Source of the DNA: an uncultured Gammaproteobacteria bacterium
Lineage (GTDB): Bacteria > Patescibacteriota > Microgenomatia > UBA8517
Direction: 5' to 3'
Length of the DNA stretch: 64,000 nt
Assembly: GCA_964427735.1 (NCBI GenBank)
Contig: CAYRUS010000001.1
Location: forward strand, 290,173-354,172
How positions within the stretch are numbered: position 1 is the first letter of the stretch; the number at the start of each line of letters is the position of its first letter. The position numbers were made by a program, and so were the translations under genes. Below are positions 1 through 9,939 of the stretch, piece after piece. The notes under the pieces are model-generated. The model saw only the letters and a list, made by a program, of their open reading frames with translations, did not search any database and was not told where the DNA came from.

Positions 1-456
1 AGCAATGCTGATGCTGCCCTTTATTATTTAGCAAGAATGGTAGAAGCCGGACAAGATCCTTTGTATATTGCAAGACGGATGGTAGTTTTTGCCTCTGAGG
101 ATATTGGGATAGCTCAACCAACTGCACTTGTTGTTGCAAACGAAGTTTTTAGAGCTTGTGAAACAATTGGGTACCCGGAATGTGCAATTAACCTTGCACA
201 CGGAACAGTCTATTTATGTCAGACAAAAAAAGATAAATCTGCCTATAATGCATATTTTTCAGCAGTAGAAGATGTTAAAAAATATGGCAACCTGCCAATC
301 CCCAGAGAAATCCTAAATCCTGTCACTGACTTAATGAAAAAAGAGGGTTACGGAGAAGGTTACGAAGCATATACAGACAAAGACTTGCTTCCTGAAAAAT
401 TACGTGGTAAAAAGTATCTTATAAAAAATGAAAGAAAAAACCTCAAGAATAGTTAG
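1..456 (+). CDS. rarA: recombination factor RarA/MgsA (AAA ATPase), C-terminal part; 5' end lies outside the window
   Basis: Open frame from nt 1; ...SNADAALYYLARMVEAGQDPLYIARRMVVFASEDIGIAQP matches the conserved MgsA C-terminal domain. Confidence 0.8.
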   Translation, partial: SNADAALYYLARMVEAGQDPLYIARRMVVFASEDIGIAQPTALVVANEVFRACETIGYPECAINLAHGTVYLCQTKKDKSAYNAYFSAVEDVKKYGNLPIPREILNPVTDLMKKEGYGEGYEAYTDKDLLPEKLRGKKYLIKNERKNLKNS

Positions 457-1009
457 TTTTCTTTATGAAGTCGGCGTTTTAAGAAAAATATTGCGTGCTC
501 ACTACCAAACACTTTTAACAAATGATGAGACAGACAATATAGCAAGTCATTCATATAGAACTGCAATGATTGGCTGGCAGCTTGCCCTGTCAGAGGGGGC
601 AGACCTCAATAAAGTTATTCAAATGTGTCTAATCCACGACCTTCCAGAAGCAAGAAGCGGGGATCAAAATTGGGTTCATAAAAGATATGTAAAAGTATAT
701 GAAAATGAGATAATTGCTGATCAATTTTCAGGGTTACCTAATAAAGAAGACTTAATTGAAATAGCAAATGAGTATTCTGAAAGACAAACACTTGAAGCAA
801 AAGTAGCAAAAGATGCAGACTTGCTGGACCAGGTTTTGTTACTTAGAGAATATGAATGGAATGGTAATAAAGAAGCAGAAAAATGGTTAGACGGTGCAGA
901 ACAAGGGAAAAGACTTTCCACTAATACAGCAAAAGAGTGGGTTAAAGAGATTCGTATTCAAAACCCAAGTCAATGGTGGCAAAATGTATGGACACCAAAT
1001 AATAGATAA
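428..1009 (+). CDS. HD-domain hydrolase, YfbR-like 5'-deoxynucleotidase family
   Basis: H...HD...D metal-binding motifs (HSYRTAMIG, LIHDLPEARSGD); 193 aa; 29-nt overlap with the upstream gene. Confidence 0.7.
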   Translation: MKEKTSRIVSFLYEVGVLRKILRAHYQTLLTNDETDNIASHSYRTAMIGWQLALSEGADLNKVIQMCLIHDLPEARSGDQNWVHKRYVKVYENEIIADQFSGLPNKEDLIEIANEYSERQTLEAKVAKDADLLDQVLLLREYEWNGNKEAEKWLDGAEQGKRLSTNTAKEWVKEIRIQNPSQWWQNVWTPNNR

Positions 1010-1010
1010 A

Positions 1011-1313
1011 CTATTCTTTATTTCCGTTAGCCAAAGTTTTTATTGTTTCATTATGGAGTAAGCAAGAAATACCATTCTCATTTCCGTCTTCTGCAAACCC
1101 TTTACAAACACTTGCTTGAAACCAGTCAGGAGGTCTTACCAAATTGTCTTTTGAAAACTGTTGATGACAAGCCGTACAACAAACAGAACAAATCTCAGGT
1201 ATTTTATTTTGTAACTCTTTCCAATTCTTTTTAGCAGCTCTGACTCTTGGAGAGTGACCTAAGCCCTTATCTAGCAACTCTTTTACTCGATGAAATTTTA
1301 TCCTTTCCGACAT
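1011..1313 (-). CDS. hypothetical Cys-rich small protein (CSVCCTACH motif)
   Basis: 100-aa ORF; its start overlaps the serS 3' end by ~47 nt, so an alternative start is possible. Confidence 0.35.
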   Translation of the reverse strand: MSERIKFHRVKELLDKGLGHSPRVRAAKKNWKELQNKIPEICSVCCTACHQQFSKDNLVRPPDWFQASVCKGFAEDGNENGISCLLHNETIKTLANGNKE

Positions 1314-2526
1314 ACTTTTGTAAAACTTCTGGAATTAAAACTGATCCATCCTTTTGTTGGTAATTTTCAAGTATTGCAATCAAAATCCTGGAGATCGCTA
1401 TAGCTGTTCCATTAAGCAGATGTACATACTCATTTTCATTTTTGTTTCTGTATTTTATGTTTAAATTTCTTGCCTGATAATCTGTAGTATTTGATGTTGA
1501 GGTAATTTCCCCATAATCTCCTCTGCCAGGCATCCAAGCTTCAAGATCATATTTTTTGGAAGCCATAGCCCCTAAATCTCCAGTACACATCTCAAGTACT
1601 CTATATGGGATTTTAAGAGCTTGAATAATTTCTTCCTCAATGCCTAATAATTCCTGATGCATTTCTTCTGACTTATCTGGCGTTGAGTAAATGAACATTT
1701 CTAATTTAGTAAACTGATGAACACGGTAAAGACCACGGGAGTATTTACCATACGCTCCTGCTTCTTTCCTAAAACAATGAGAAATTGCAGCATAACGTAG
1801 TGGAAAATCCTTTTTATTAAGCACTTCATCTGAATGAAGTCCGGCCATAGTTACTTCTGCTGTTGCGATCAGACCTAAATCTTCACCCTCAATTTCATAT
1901 ATTTGTGCCTCATCTCCCTTAGGCTGGTACCCGGTCCCCAAGTAAAAACGAGATTTAGCTAAATCCGGTGTAACAAAAGGCTGATAACCCTTTTTACTCA
2001 AAAACTCTACACCAAACTGGAGTAAACCAAGCTCTAACAAAACAGCATCACCCCTTAAATAATAAAATTGTGATCCAGAAACTTTTGCACCTGCCTCAAA
2101 ATCAATTAGGCCCAAATCTTTTCCAATTTCAACATGGTCTTTTGGTTCAAAATCAAATTTCGGTACATCTCCCCATTTTCTTAGCTCTACATTTTCATCT
2201 TCATTTTTGCCAACTGGGACTTCTGGAGCAGGAGGATTTGGAATTAACTTAATTGCATTTTCTCTCTTTTCTTCTATTTCTTTTAACTTTTCCTCTGATT
2301 CTTTTAATTCTTCTTTTAATTTTCTTGCTTTCTGAATATCCTCTTTATTAGGATTTTTGGATAAAACATTTCTTTGGCTTCTTAATTCCTCTACTTTTTG
2401 AAGGGTTTTTCTCCATTCTTCATCTAATTTAATGGCCTCATCAACTATTTTTGGGTCAAATTGTTTATCCGCAGTAGCTTTTTTATAAAATTCCGGATTG
2501 TTGCGAAGACTGTTTATATCAATCAT
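1267..2526 (-). CDS. serS: seryl-tRNA synthetase
   Basis: N-terminal coiled-coil arm plus class II core motifs; 419 aa with a typical SerRS sequence. Confidence 0.95.
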   Translation of the reverse strand: MIDINSLRNNPEFYKKATADKQFDPKIVDEAIKLDEEWRKTLQKVEELRSQRNVLSKNPNKEDIQKARKLKEELKESEEKLKEIEEKRENAIKLIPNPPAPEVPVGKNEDENVELRKWGDVPKFDFEPKDHVEIGKDLGLIDFEAGAKVSGSQFYYLRGDAVLLELGLLQFGVEFLSKKGYQPFVTPDLAKSRFYLGTGYQPKGDEAQIYEIEGEDLGLIATAEVTMAGLHSDEVLNKKDFPLRYAAISHCFRKEAGAYGKYSRGLYRVHQFTKLEMFIYSTPDKSEEMHQELLGIEEEIIQALKIPYRVLEMCTGDLGAMASKKYDLEAWMPGRGDYGEITSTSNTTDYQARNLNIKYRNKNENEYVHLLNGTAIAISRILIAILENYQQKDGSVLIPEVLQKYVGKDKISSSKRVAR

Positions 2527-2624
2527 ATAAATAGTATATATTAAATAAACAAAAACTGTTATCTAACTATAGGAGTAGTTTATTCTTAGTTTTATAAATT
2601 GTCAATTATTGTCTATTTTAGATT

Positions 2625-3944
2625 TTACTCAGCTTTAAGAAGTTTCTCGTATATTTTTCTTGCTTCAGATTCCTCTATTGCTTTTTTGTCACCCATAAAT
2701 GCCATTTTCGTTTTACTAAAATCAAGCACCTCTGCCGATAATTTGTTTATATCTTTAAGAGTAATAGCTTTGGCTACTTCAATATAATCCTCAGGCAAAA
2801 GTAATTCTAGTCCATCTAGCAGATAATCTAGAAAGTATGAAGAAATATTCTCAACTCCAGAAAATCTAATCAAACTTTGTGTACTCAAATAATTAACAGC
2901 ACGAGTAAAATCTTTATTTTCAAATCCTTTCTCTTTAATTGTTTCTAAAACTCCAACAACAGCTTTCAGCGCATCACTCAAATTTTCCATGTCTACAGTT
3001 CCATTAATTTCCAAATATCCTGTATAAGGCCACATATTGTTTCCCGACCCCACAGAATAAACTAGTCCTAACTCCTCTCTCAGTTTTTGATAAAGTTCTG
3101 AGGAAAAACTCCCACCAAGCAAAAAGTTAAATATACCTACCTTAATCCTTTCTTCTAATGAATATTCTTTGTACCCTTCTAATGGAAATGATATAGAAAA
3201 AATAACTTGGCTTCTTTTTTTGTGGTATATATAAAAATAATTATTCTGTTTTGTCTTAGGAGGAATAAAATCTTGAGTTGACTCTCCTTCTTTTCTCCAA
3301 GAACCAATAGTTCCTTCAAGTAAACTTTTCAGTTTTTCTTTGTCATAATTACCTGCCATTGAAAGCTTAAAGTTTTTTGGAATGTAGTATCTGTTATATG
3401 CTTTTTTTACTTCTTCTAGAGTCATCTTTTCAACTACTTCAGAATCTCCAAAGCCACGTCTTGCATACGGATGACTTTCTCCCATCATCTTTTCAAGTTT
3501 ATGTTGAAAGAATTTATTTTCAGGAACATCCCAGAAATTTCTTTGCTCTGTTCTTATAACGCTAATACTATTTTTGACTGAATCTTCCGTAAAGAGTGGC
3601 CTAGCAAGATTTTCAATAATAAATTCTAATACACTCTCCAAATCATTATCTGGTGCTATAAAATAAAATGAAGTACTCAAAGCACCAACTCCTGCATTCA
3701 TTGATACACCGAGTTCTTCTGCACGAACCGCAATATCTCTCGGGGTTGGATATTTTTTGCTTCCACGAAGCATCATATGCTCTAAAAAGTGCAAAGTTCC
3801 AATTTTATCTTTATCTTCAATTGCACTACCAGCTGGAATACCCATCTCAACTGAAACAGCTCTAACCTCTGAGACAGGATATGCTAAAACTTCAATTCCA
3901 TTGGAGAGATAAAAATGTTCGAATCTAGGCTTTTTTGTTCTCAT
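2625..3944 (-). CDS. M16 family zinc peptidase (insulinase/pitrilysin-like)
   Basis: Inverted zinc motif HFLEHMMLRGS (HxxEH) near the N-terminus; 439 aa. Confidence 0.85.
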   Translation of the reverse strand: MRTKKPRFEHFYLSNGIEVLAYPVSEVRAVSVEMGIPAGSAIEDKDKIGTLHFLEHMMLRGSKKYPTPRDIAVRAEELGVSMNAGVGALSTSFYFIAPDNDLESVLEFIIENLARPLFTEDSVKNSISVIRTEQRNFWDVPENKFFQHKLEKMMGESHPYARRGFGDSEVVEKMTLEEVKKAYNRYYIPKNFKLSMAGNYDKEKLKSLLEGTIGSWRKEGESTQDFIPPKTKQNNYFYIYHKKRSQVIFSISFPLEGYKEYSLEERIKVGIFNFLLGGSFSSELYQKLREELGLVYSVGSGNNMWPYTGYLEINGTVDMENLSDALKAVVGVLETIKEKGFENKDFTRAVNYLSTQSLIRFSGVENISSYFLDYLLDGLELLLPEDYIEVAKAITLKDINKLSAEVLDFSKTKMAFMGDKKAIEESEARKIYEKLLKAE

Positions 3945-4080
3945 TATTGTTTGGAGTTTTTCTTACAAACTCTATTTTTCTATGAGTTATATATTTTAAT
4001 CCAGGGATATGACTTAAGAGCCCTCGACGGGTTTTTTTAATATCAACTGGTATTGCTTTCCAACTCTCTATCGGCATAAT

Positions 4081-4647
4081 TTATAAACCTAAATCCTGAT
4101 GAATATTCTGCATCGACACTAAGGAAATTTCAATAAATTCTCTTAGAGGAATTTCTAAAACTTCCTCACACATCTCTATCTGTTTTCGATCCACGCCAGC
4201 AGCAAAAGATTTTTGATTCCATTTATTGAAAATTGAATCCACAGTAACTGATGAAAGCTTTTTATCAGGTTTGACTAACGCTACAGCAACAATTAAACCA
4301 GTCAATTCATCACAACAATACAAAGCCCACTCCATTTTAGTCTTTGGCTTGGGTGCACCATCGACATATCCCCAAGCATGTGCCGCTACCGCATCTTTTA
4401 TATCTACAGAAGCATCTAATTCTTCAAGCCAATTTATAAGTTTTTTTGTATGGTCTCTCTTTGCTGATTCTTTTGTTTCTTCATAATCCGCATCGTGTAG
4501 CAATCCTGCTATTCCCCATTTTTTAGGATCTCCTCCTAATCGATTTGCCAACGATCGCATTACTACTTCCACTGCATAGCAGTGCCTCCTTAAATTCTCA
4601 TTCTTCATATGCTTATGAAGTAATTCTAGAGCTTCTTGTCTATTCAT
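4081..4647 (-). CDS. HD-domain phosphohydrolase
   Basis: H..HDADYEE motif; 188 aa. Confidence 0.65.
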   Translation of the reverse strand: MNRQEALELLHKHMKNENLRRHCYAVEVVMRSLANRLGGDPKKWGIAGLLHDADYEETKESAKRDHTKKLINWLEELDASVDIKDAVAAHAWGYVDGAPKPKTKMEWALYCCDELTGLIVAVALVKPDKKLSSVTVDSIFNKWNQKSFAAGVDRKQIEMCEEVLEIPLREFIEISLVSMQNIHQDLGL

Positions 4648-6187
4648 TTTTGGCCTTTTGTACCATTTTCCAAAATTCAGGATATAAGTCCTTTACATTG
4701 TCATCGTAACGATGTTTCATTTGAGGAAATAGAGTAGCCTCCCTTGCACCAAGCCCTTCCAAAAACCAGAAAAGTCTCTCCGAGTGAGCATATCCCGACG
4801 TAGGAGGCATCCCATACTCGAGCATCTCTATATAGTCTATATCCATCATTTGTGCCTCTTCGTCTCCTGCTATCCTTGCTTTCTGCTGCGAAAGAAACCT
4901 CTCGTATTGATCTACAGGGTCGTTCAATTCTGTATAACCGTTTCCAAGTTCGCTTCCTGCCAATATGACATGAAATCGTTCTGTGATTTCTTCGTTTTCC
5001 GGTTTTGACTTAGCAAGTGGAGACATAAATTTGGGTTCATTCACCAAAAAAGCAGGTCCTGCAATGTCTTTCCTGATTAACTTCCAAAGATTGTCTATTA
5101 TTCTAATTCGGTTCCATTCACCTTCAGTGTCAACCCCGTCTTTTTTAAGAATAGCAAGCATTTTTTCCTCTGAATCCTCAAAAATATTTACGTCCTTTTT
5201 TTCTTTTATTACACTAGCATAATCAATCTCCATCCATTCATCTTCTAAATTAAATTTATGTCCATGAGCTTCAAACTCTGTCTTGCCGTAAACTTCCTTT
5301 GCAATGTGTATGAACATCTCCTGCACCAGTTTCATATTGTCACGGTAATCAGCATATGCCCAATACCACTCCACTTGATAATATTCCTGCAAATGCTCAT
5401 CATCAATCCCTTCATTACGGAAGTTAGGTCCTATTGTAAAAATCTTCTCAAACATTCCTCCGATAAGACGCTTTTGATAAAGCTCTGTTGATATTCTTAG
5501 ATAAAAGTCCTCATCAAGGGCATTGTGATGAGTTACAAACGGCCTTGCATCAGCACCTCCGGTAAAGTGTTCAAGTATAGGAGTTTCCACTTCGATAAAT
5601 CCCTTATCTTTTAAAAATTTCCTGTTAGTTTCCCAGAATTTTGCTTTCCTTATAAAAAGCTCCCTTCTATCCTGGTTCATAATCAAATCTAAATATCTCT
5701 TTCTATAGATAATTTCTGTGTCTTTTAAGCCTTCCCATTTTTCAGGAAGAGGCCGGATAGATTTAGATAATATTTTTATTGAATCGGGAATTATAGAAAC
5801 CTCTCCTCTAGAAGTTTTTGCAATCTCCCCTCTAACTTGTAAGAAATCACCAATATCAATTAGATTTAAGTCATCAAATCCCAGAATGCCTTCTTTAGTG
5901 TCGGTATCTTTGAGCTCTTCACTTTTTATAAAAATCTGAATGCTACCAGTAACATCTTGGAGCTGTCCAAAAATAATTTGTCCATGTTCACGCCAAGACA
6001 TAAGCCGACCAGCTAGGGTTACTGATTTGTTTTCAAATTCATCGTAATTTTCGACAACCTCTAAATTTGAATATTCTTTTTCAGAATGAGGAGGGTAGGG
6101 GTCAATCCCCATTTCTCTAAGTTTTTTAACTTTTTCTAATCGGATGTCTCTAATTTCTTCTAATCTTGTTTTTGACATTTTACGCAC
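4640..6187 (-). CDS. lysS: lysyl-tRNA synthetase (class II)
   Basis: 515 aa; N-terminal OB anticodon-binding domain followed by a class II catalytic core with a characteristic LysRS sequence. Confidence 0.95.
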   Translation of the reverse strand: MRKMSKTRLEEIRDIRLEKVKKLREMGIDPYPPHSEKEYSNLEVVENYDEFENKSVTLAGRLMSWREHGQIIFGQLQDVTGSIQIFIKSEELKDTDTKEGILGFDDLNLIDIGDFLQVRGEIAKTSRGEVSIIPDSIKILSKSIRPLPEKWEGLKDTEIIYRKRYLDLIMNQDRRELFIRKAKFWETNRKFLKDKGFIEVETPILEHFTGGADARPFVTHHNALDEDFYLRISTELYQKRLIGGMFEKIFTIGPNFRNEGIDDEHLQEYYQVEWYWAYADYRDNMKLVQEMFIHIAKEVYGKTEFEAHGHKFNLEDEWMEIDYASVIKEKKDVNIFEDSEEKMLAILKKDGVDTEGEWNRIRIIDNLWKLIRKDIAGPAFLVNEPKFMSPLAKSKPENEEITERFHVILAGSELGNGYTELNDPVDQYERFLSQQKARIAGDEEAQMMDIDYIEMLEYGMPPTSGYAHSERLFWFLEGLGAREATLFPQMKHRYDDNVKDLYPEFWKMVQKAKNE

Positions 6188-6231
6188 CCTATATTCTATA
6201 AGTTTAAAAAGGAAAAGTCATTCTCAAAATA

Positions 6232-7281
6232 TTAGGCAGAAATATATGCCTTAAAAAGATCTGCTAATCTTTCCAAATTTTTAACAGAAATACTTTCCCG
6301 CCTTGTATGTCCTTCTTTTGCGCCATCTCCCATATTAACTACATTGATTCCATGATTAACAAGTACATTTGCATCGCTTCCTCCAAAAGAAATTTCAAAA
6401 TTAGGCAAAATACCTTTACTTTCTAGCAGTCTAATCGTGCTAACCACAGCTGAAGAGTTTTTATTTAATTTGTAGCCACTACAGTATGGGAATAGATTAA
6501 ACTCATATTCAGCTTTTGATTTTTTAGCCTCCTCCTTTGTAATTATGCCCAACTTTTCTAGGTTCGCATCAAATTTTTCTTTATTAAAACCTCTCACTTC
6601 TCCTTTTATCATTACAACTCGGGGGATAGTATTAATGGCTTCACCACCATTTATCAAACCGACATTTATTGTTGTATCTTTATCAACTTTCCCTGTCTTT
6701 ATCTTATTCAAAATATTTACAGCAGTTGTTAGCGCATTGATACCTTTTTCAGGCTCAGAAGAATGTGCAGCTCGCCCTTTTATCTTTATCTTAAAATCAG
6801 TCAAGTAGGGAGCTTGAATTACCATGTTTCCAAGTGGAGATGAAGTATCTGCAATAAGTCCTGTTTTACTTTTAAGTCTTTTAAAATTAAAGCCTTTTAT
6901 GCCGCTGTCGGTTTCTTCTCTAACACTAAATATCAATTCAATTGATCTTCTTTTTTTAATACTTGCGAGGGCAAAAAGCATGGCTGCTAATGCTGCTTTA
7001 TTATCTGCCCCAAGAATTGTGTCACTTTTGCTTTTTATAATTCCATTTTCAATAATCGGTTCAATTTTTCTACCTGGTTCAACTGTATCCAAATGTGCAC
7101 AAACCACCACAGGCTCTCCCTTGCCACCTATATATGAATAAAAGTTACCTTCTTTATCTTCTTCCAATTCAATATCTAGAAGACTAGCTTCATGGTACAC
7201 ATATTTTTTGATATCCTGCTCCTCTCCGGATGGACTATCAATTTTTACCAGATTCAAAAAGGTGTCAACAACAGATCGCAT
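6232..7281 (-). CDS. M20 family metallopeptidase (peptidase T-like tripeptidase)
   Basis: AHLDTV and GADNKAA motifs typical of M20/M42 peptidases. Confidence 0.75.
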   Translation of the reverse strand: MRSVVDTFLNLVKIDSPSGEEQDIKKYVYHEASLLDIELEEDKEGNFYSYIGGKGEPVVVCAHLDTVEPGRKIEPIIENGIIKSKSDTILGADNKAALAAMLFALASIKKRRSIELIFSVREETDSGIKGFNFKRLKSKTGLIADTSSPLGNMVIQAPYLTDFKIKIKGRAAHSSEPEKGINALTTAVNILNKIKTGKVDKDTTINVGLINGGEAINTIPRVVMIKGEVRGFNKEKFDANLEKLGIITKEEAKKSKAEYEFNLFPYCSGYKLNKNSSAVVSTIRLLESKGILPNFEISFGGSDANVLVNHGINVVNMGDGAKEGHTRRESISVKNLERLADLFKAYISA

Positions 7282-7351
7282 AATGCTATTCTCCTCTTAT
7301 AGTACTATATATTTTCTTTTTGCTTCTATAAAAAGAATAAAAAAGCACAAA

Positions 7352-7375
7352 AAACCTCCCTAAGAGGAGGTTTTC
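7352..7375. terminator. GC hairpin AACCTCC-CTAAGA-GGAGGTT with flanking T-runs on both strands; likely the greA terminator
   Basis: Perfect 7-bp stem, followed on the minus strand by TTTTTTGTGCTTTTTT. Confidence 0.6.
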
Positions 7376-7435
7376 CATACAAAAGACCACCTCCATTAGG
7401 AAGCTATCTTTTTCTTTGAATCCAGAATGCTCATT

Positions 7436-7900
7436 TTATTCTATATTAACTATCTCGTAGTTTATTTTACCAACAGGTGCATCTACCTGTACTTCTTCAC
7501 CAACTTCTTTACCCAAAAGAGCCTGTCCAAGCGGTGATTCATGTGAGATTTTTTTATTAACAGGATCTGCTTCCCATTCACCAACTAATTGGTATACATG
7601 CTCCGCACCGCCTGTTTTTATAGTTACTCTAGTGCCTACGGAAACTTTATCCTTTTTACCATTAGAGGACTCTACAACCTGAGCATTATTTAATACATGC
7701 TCAAGCTCCTCGATTCTACCATCTAGAAATTCGAGTTCATCTTTGGCGTTTTGATAGTCGCTGTTTTCACTAAGATCTCCTTGGCTTCTTGCATACTCAA
7801 GTCGCTCAATTAGCTTTGGTCTTTTTACATTAACTAATTCATGATACTCAGCTTTTAGCTCTTCAAGACCTTGTTTTGTTACTTGTACTTTTTTGTTCAT
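7436..7900 (-). CDS. greA: transcription elongation factor GreA
   Basis: MNKKVQVTKQGLEELKAEY...DLSENSDY... is a typical GreA sequence; the start is taken at the internal Met rather than the 5' end of the annotated ORF. Confidence 0.9.
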   Translation of the reverse strand: MNKKVQVTKQGLEELKAEYHELVNVKRPKLIERLEYARSQGDLSENSDYQNAKDELEFLDGRIEELEHVLNNAQVVESSNGKKDKVSVGTRVTIKTGGAEHVYQLVGEWEADPVNKKISHESPLGQALLGKEVGEEVQVDAPVGKINYEIVNIE

Positions 7901-8265
7901 AATTCTAAAAAAAAATCTCTCCTTCATTTAGGAGAGCGATTTTGCTGTAAAATACTCTCCAATAAGTTAGTTAGCCTTTGCAATAGGACTTACAACTTCC
8001 TTATTGGAAAATGTTTTAAATAAGTTTTTCATTCTAATTCTCTCGTAAATATTACTTGAATATGATAAGCAAATAAGTGCTATTTTGTCAAGAAATCAAA
8101 AGGGGTCAAACTATATATTTCTCAACAAAGGTATTATACTACTAATGCATAAAAAAGTAAACTTTTCCCTAACTTTTGGTGAGTTCTCCTGTTCTAGCAT
8201 AAATTGTCTATTTTAAGTTTTGAAGGTATAATATAAGTGTTTGAATAGATGCTATTAAGTGTCCT

Positions 8266-8338
8266 GGCCCCATCGTCTAATGGTTCAGGACGCCAGGTTC
8301 TCATCCTGGTAATCGGGGTTCGACTCCCCGTGGGGTCA
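8266..8338 (+). tRNA. tRNA-Glu (anticodon CUC), no encoded CCA
   Basis: Cloverleaf GGCCCCA/TGGGGTC acceptor, D-loop AATGGTTCA, anticodon stem CCAGG/CCTGG with loop TTCTCAT, T-arm CGGGG-TTCGACT-CCCCG. Confidence 0.85.
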
Positions 8339-8346
8339 CAGAAAAT

Positions 8347-8376
8347 ATACTCCCCGAAGCGGGAGTATTTTTTGTG
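8347..8376 (+). terminator. rho-independent terminator after tRNA-Glu
   Basis: ATACTCCC-CGAAGC-GGGAGTAT hairpin followed by TTTTTTG. Confidence 0.8.
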
Positions 8377-8887
8377 ACTCTTGCGTTGAGCGAATCTACT
8401 AGGCTCGCCTGCCCTGCTAGAATCTTGGCACAAGCCTAAATCTCTAGCTCGATATTCGTCTGTGTCTGAAATAGAAGATTGCAAATTGTTCATAATATCA
8501 ATACTGCTCATGACTGCTTGGTAATCAAGCTCCGTATCAGAAGCACATAGCTTACGAGCTATAAACTGCTCGTGTTCTAGTTTTTGGGGGACCTCAAAGT
8601 TTTCTGGGACTAAAGTTAGCGACATAATACTTTCCCGTATTATAGTTTTCTCACCGAGCTTAAGCAATTCTAAAAATTAGCGGACAAATGTGTCCAACCA
8701 TTACATAAAAACAGCATAAGTATGGGTTCATTCATACATGTGTTAAAGTTTTATAGAACTCTATATAAAGTAATAAACTTATACCTCCTACAATCATAAC
8801 CCTATTTATTTACATTGTTTTGGAAAGTACATTTCCATTTAATAAAAAAGATGCTACATTTAATGTAGTTTAACTAACAAAAGAATT

Positions 8888-9838
8888 ATGGACGATAACT
8901 TAATCCAATCAACACAACCAGTAGAACCTATAGACCAAGAAACACAAGCAATTACCAAAGAGACAACAGAAAGCAACCCTGTAAATAATAACTCAAATGA
9001 AAATAATCAAAAAAGAAACTTACTACCAATATTATTGATAGTTGGCGCATTGTTCTTCCTAGCTACTGCTGCTTTAATAGCATTCATATATACAAACAGA
9101 TCCAAACAGGTAGGCACAGACTTAGCCCCTCAAGACATACTTTTACAAGAACCTCCACAAGTAACATCAGAAAACTCAAATCTTGACCAAGATATTTTAA
9201 ATAGATTAATGTTCGAAGAAATAGACGAAGCAGACCCAATCTATGTAAGTGCCTTTGATTTTGAAAGTATAACTGTTGGGAATCTTACCTTACAAATCCC
9301 TACCAGTAACCATCCCGATAATATTACAGAAGTTTCCAATTTCGATGATAACACCTCTCTTGAGTTAGAAAGTGAATATTATGACATCCAAAGGGTACTC
9401 CATCTGAATACCATAAGTGACTATTATGAACCTATTTATAGTAAAATTCTGAATAAGGTTGAAGGTCAATCTTACTCCACAAGCTATGTAAACTTGGCAG
9501 GTTTTTTAAATATAGACCAAATAACAGAACCTGGTATCCAGAGTGAGGCTGAATACACTAATTTAATAAATAACCTCTTTAGTGAAGAATGGTGTGCAGA
9601 ACAATTCGAAGAAGGTTATATATACGAACCACTTGAAAGTACAATTTATAAAACCAAAGATTCTGGAGCATCGATATATAATTATGTTCCACCAATTTGT
9701 GTAAATAGTAGTACTGGAGGTTCACTTCCCACAAACCAATACCTTATTGATAAAAATAATCAGGTATATATATTTGACGAAACGCAAGATCCTTTTCCAG
9801 CATCTGTAATAGAAAAAATACTGGAGAGTATTGACTAA
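8888..9838 (+). CDS. hypothetical membrane-anchored protein with a low-complexity N/Q/E-rich N-terminus
   Basis: Single TM segment (LLPILLIVGALFFLATAALIAFIY); 316 aa; no recognizable domain. Confidence 0.5.
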   Translation: MDDNLIQSTQPVEPIDQETQAITKETTESNPVNNNSNENNQKRNLLPILLIVGALFFLATAALIAFIYTNRSKQVGTDLAPQDILLQEPPQVTSENSNLDQDILNRLMFEEIDEADPIYVSAFDFESITVGNLTLQIPTSNHPDNITEVSNFDDNTSLELESEYYDIQRVLHLNTISDYYEPIYSKILNKVEGQSYSTSYVNLAGFLNIDQITEPGIQSEAEYTNLINNLFSEEWCAEQFEEGYIYEPLESTIYKTKDSGASIYNYVPPICVNSSTGGSLPTNQYLIDKNNQVYIFDETQDPFPASVIEKILESID

Positions 9839-9939
9839 AAACTCTCCATTCAATACATTTTTATAATTAATTCTTCATTTTAATAAATTGGATCTTTGAC
9901 TCTGGATCAAAACAATTAAGCTTGTTAGAATAAAAAGAT

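Noticed and set aside
8194-8667. 157-aa minus-strand ORF
   Set aside because: Reads antisense through tRNA-Glu (8266-8338) and its terminator. Treated as non-coding or a decayed fragment.
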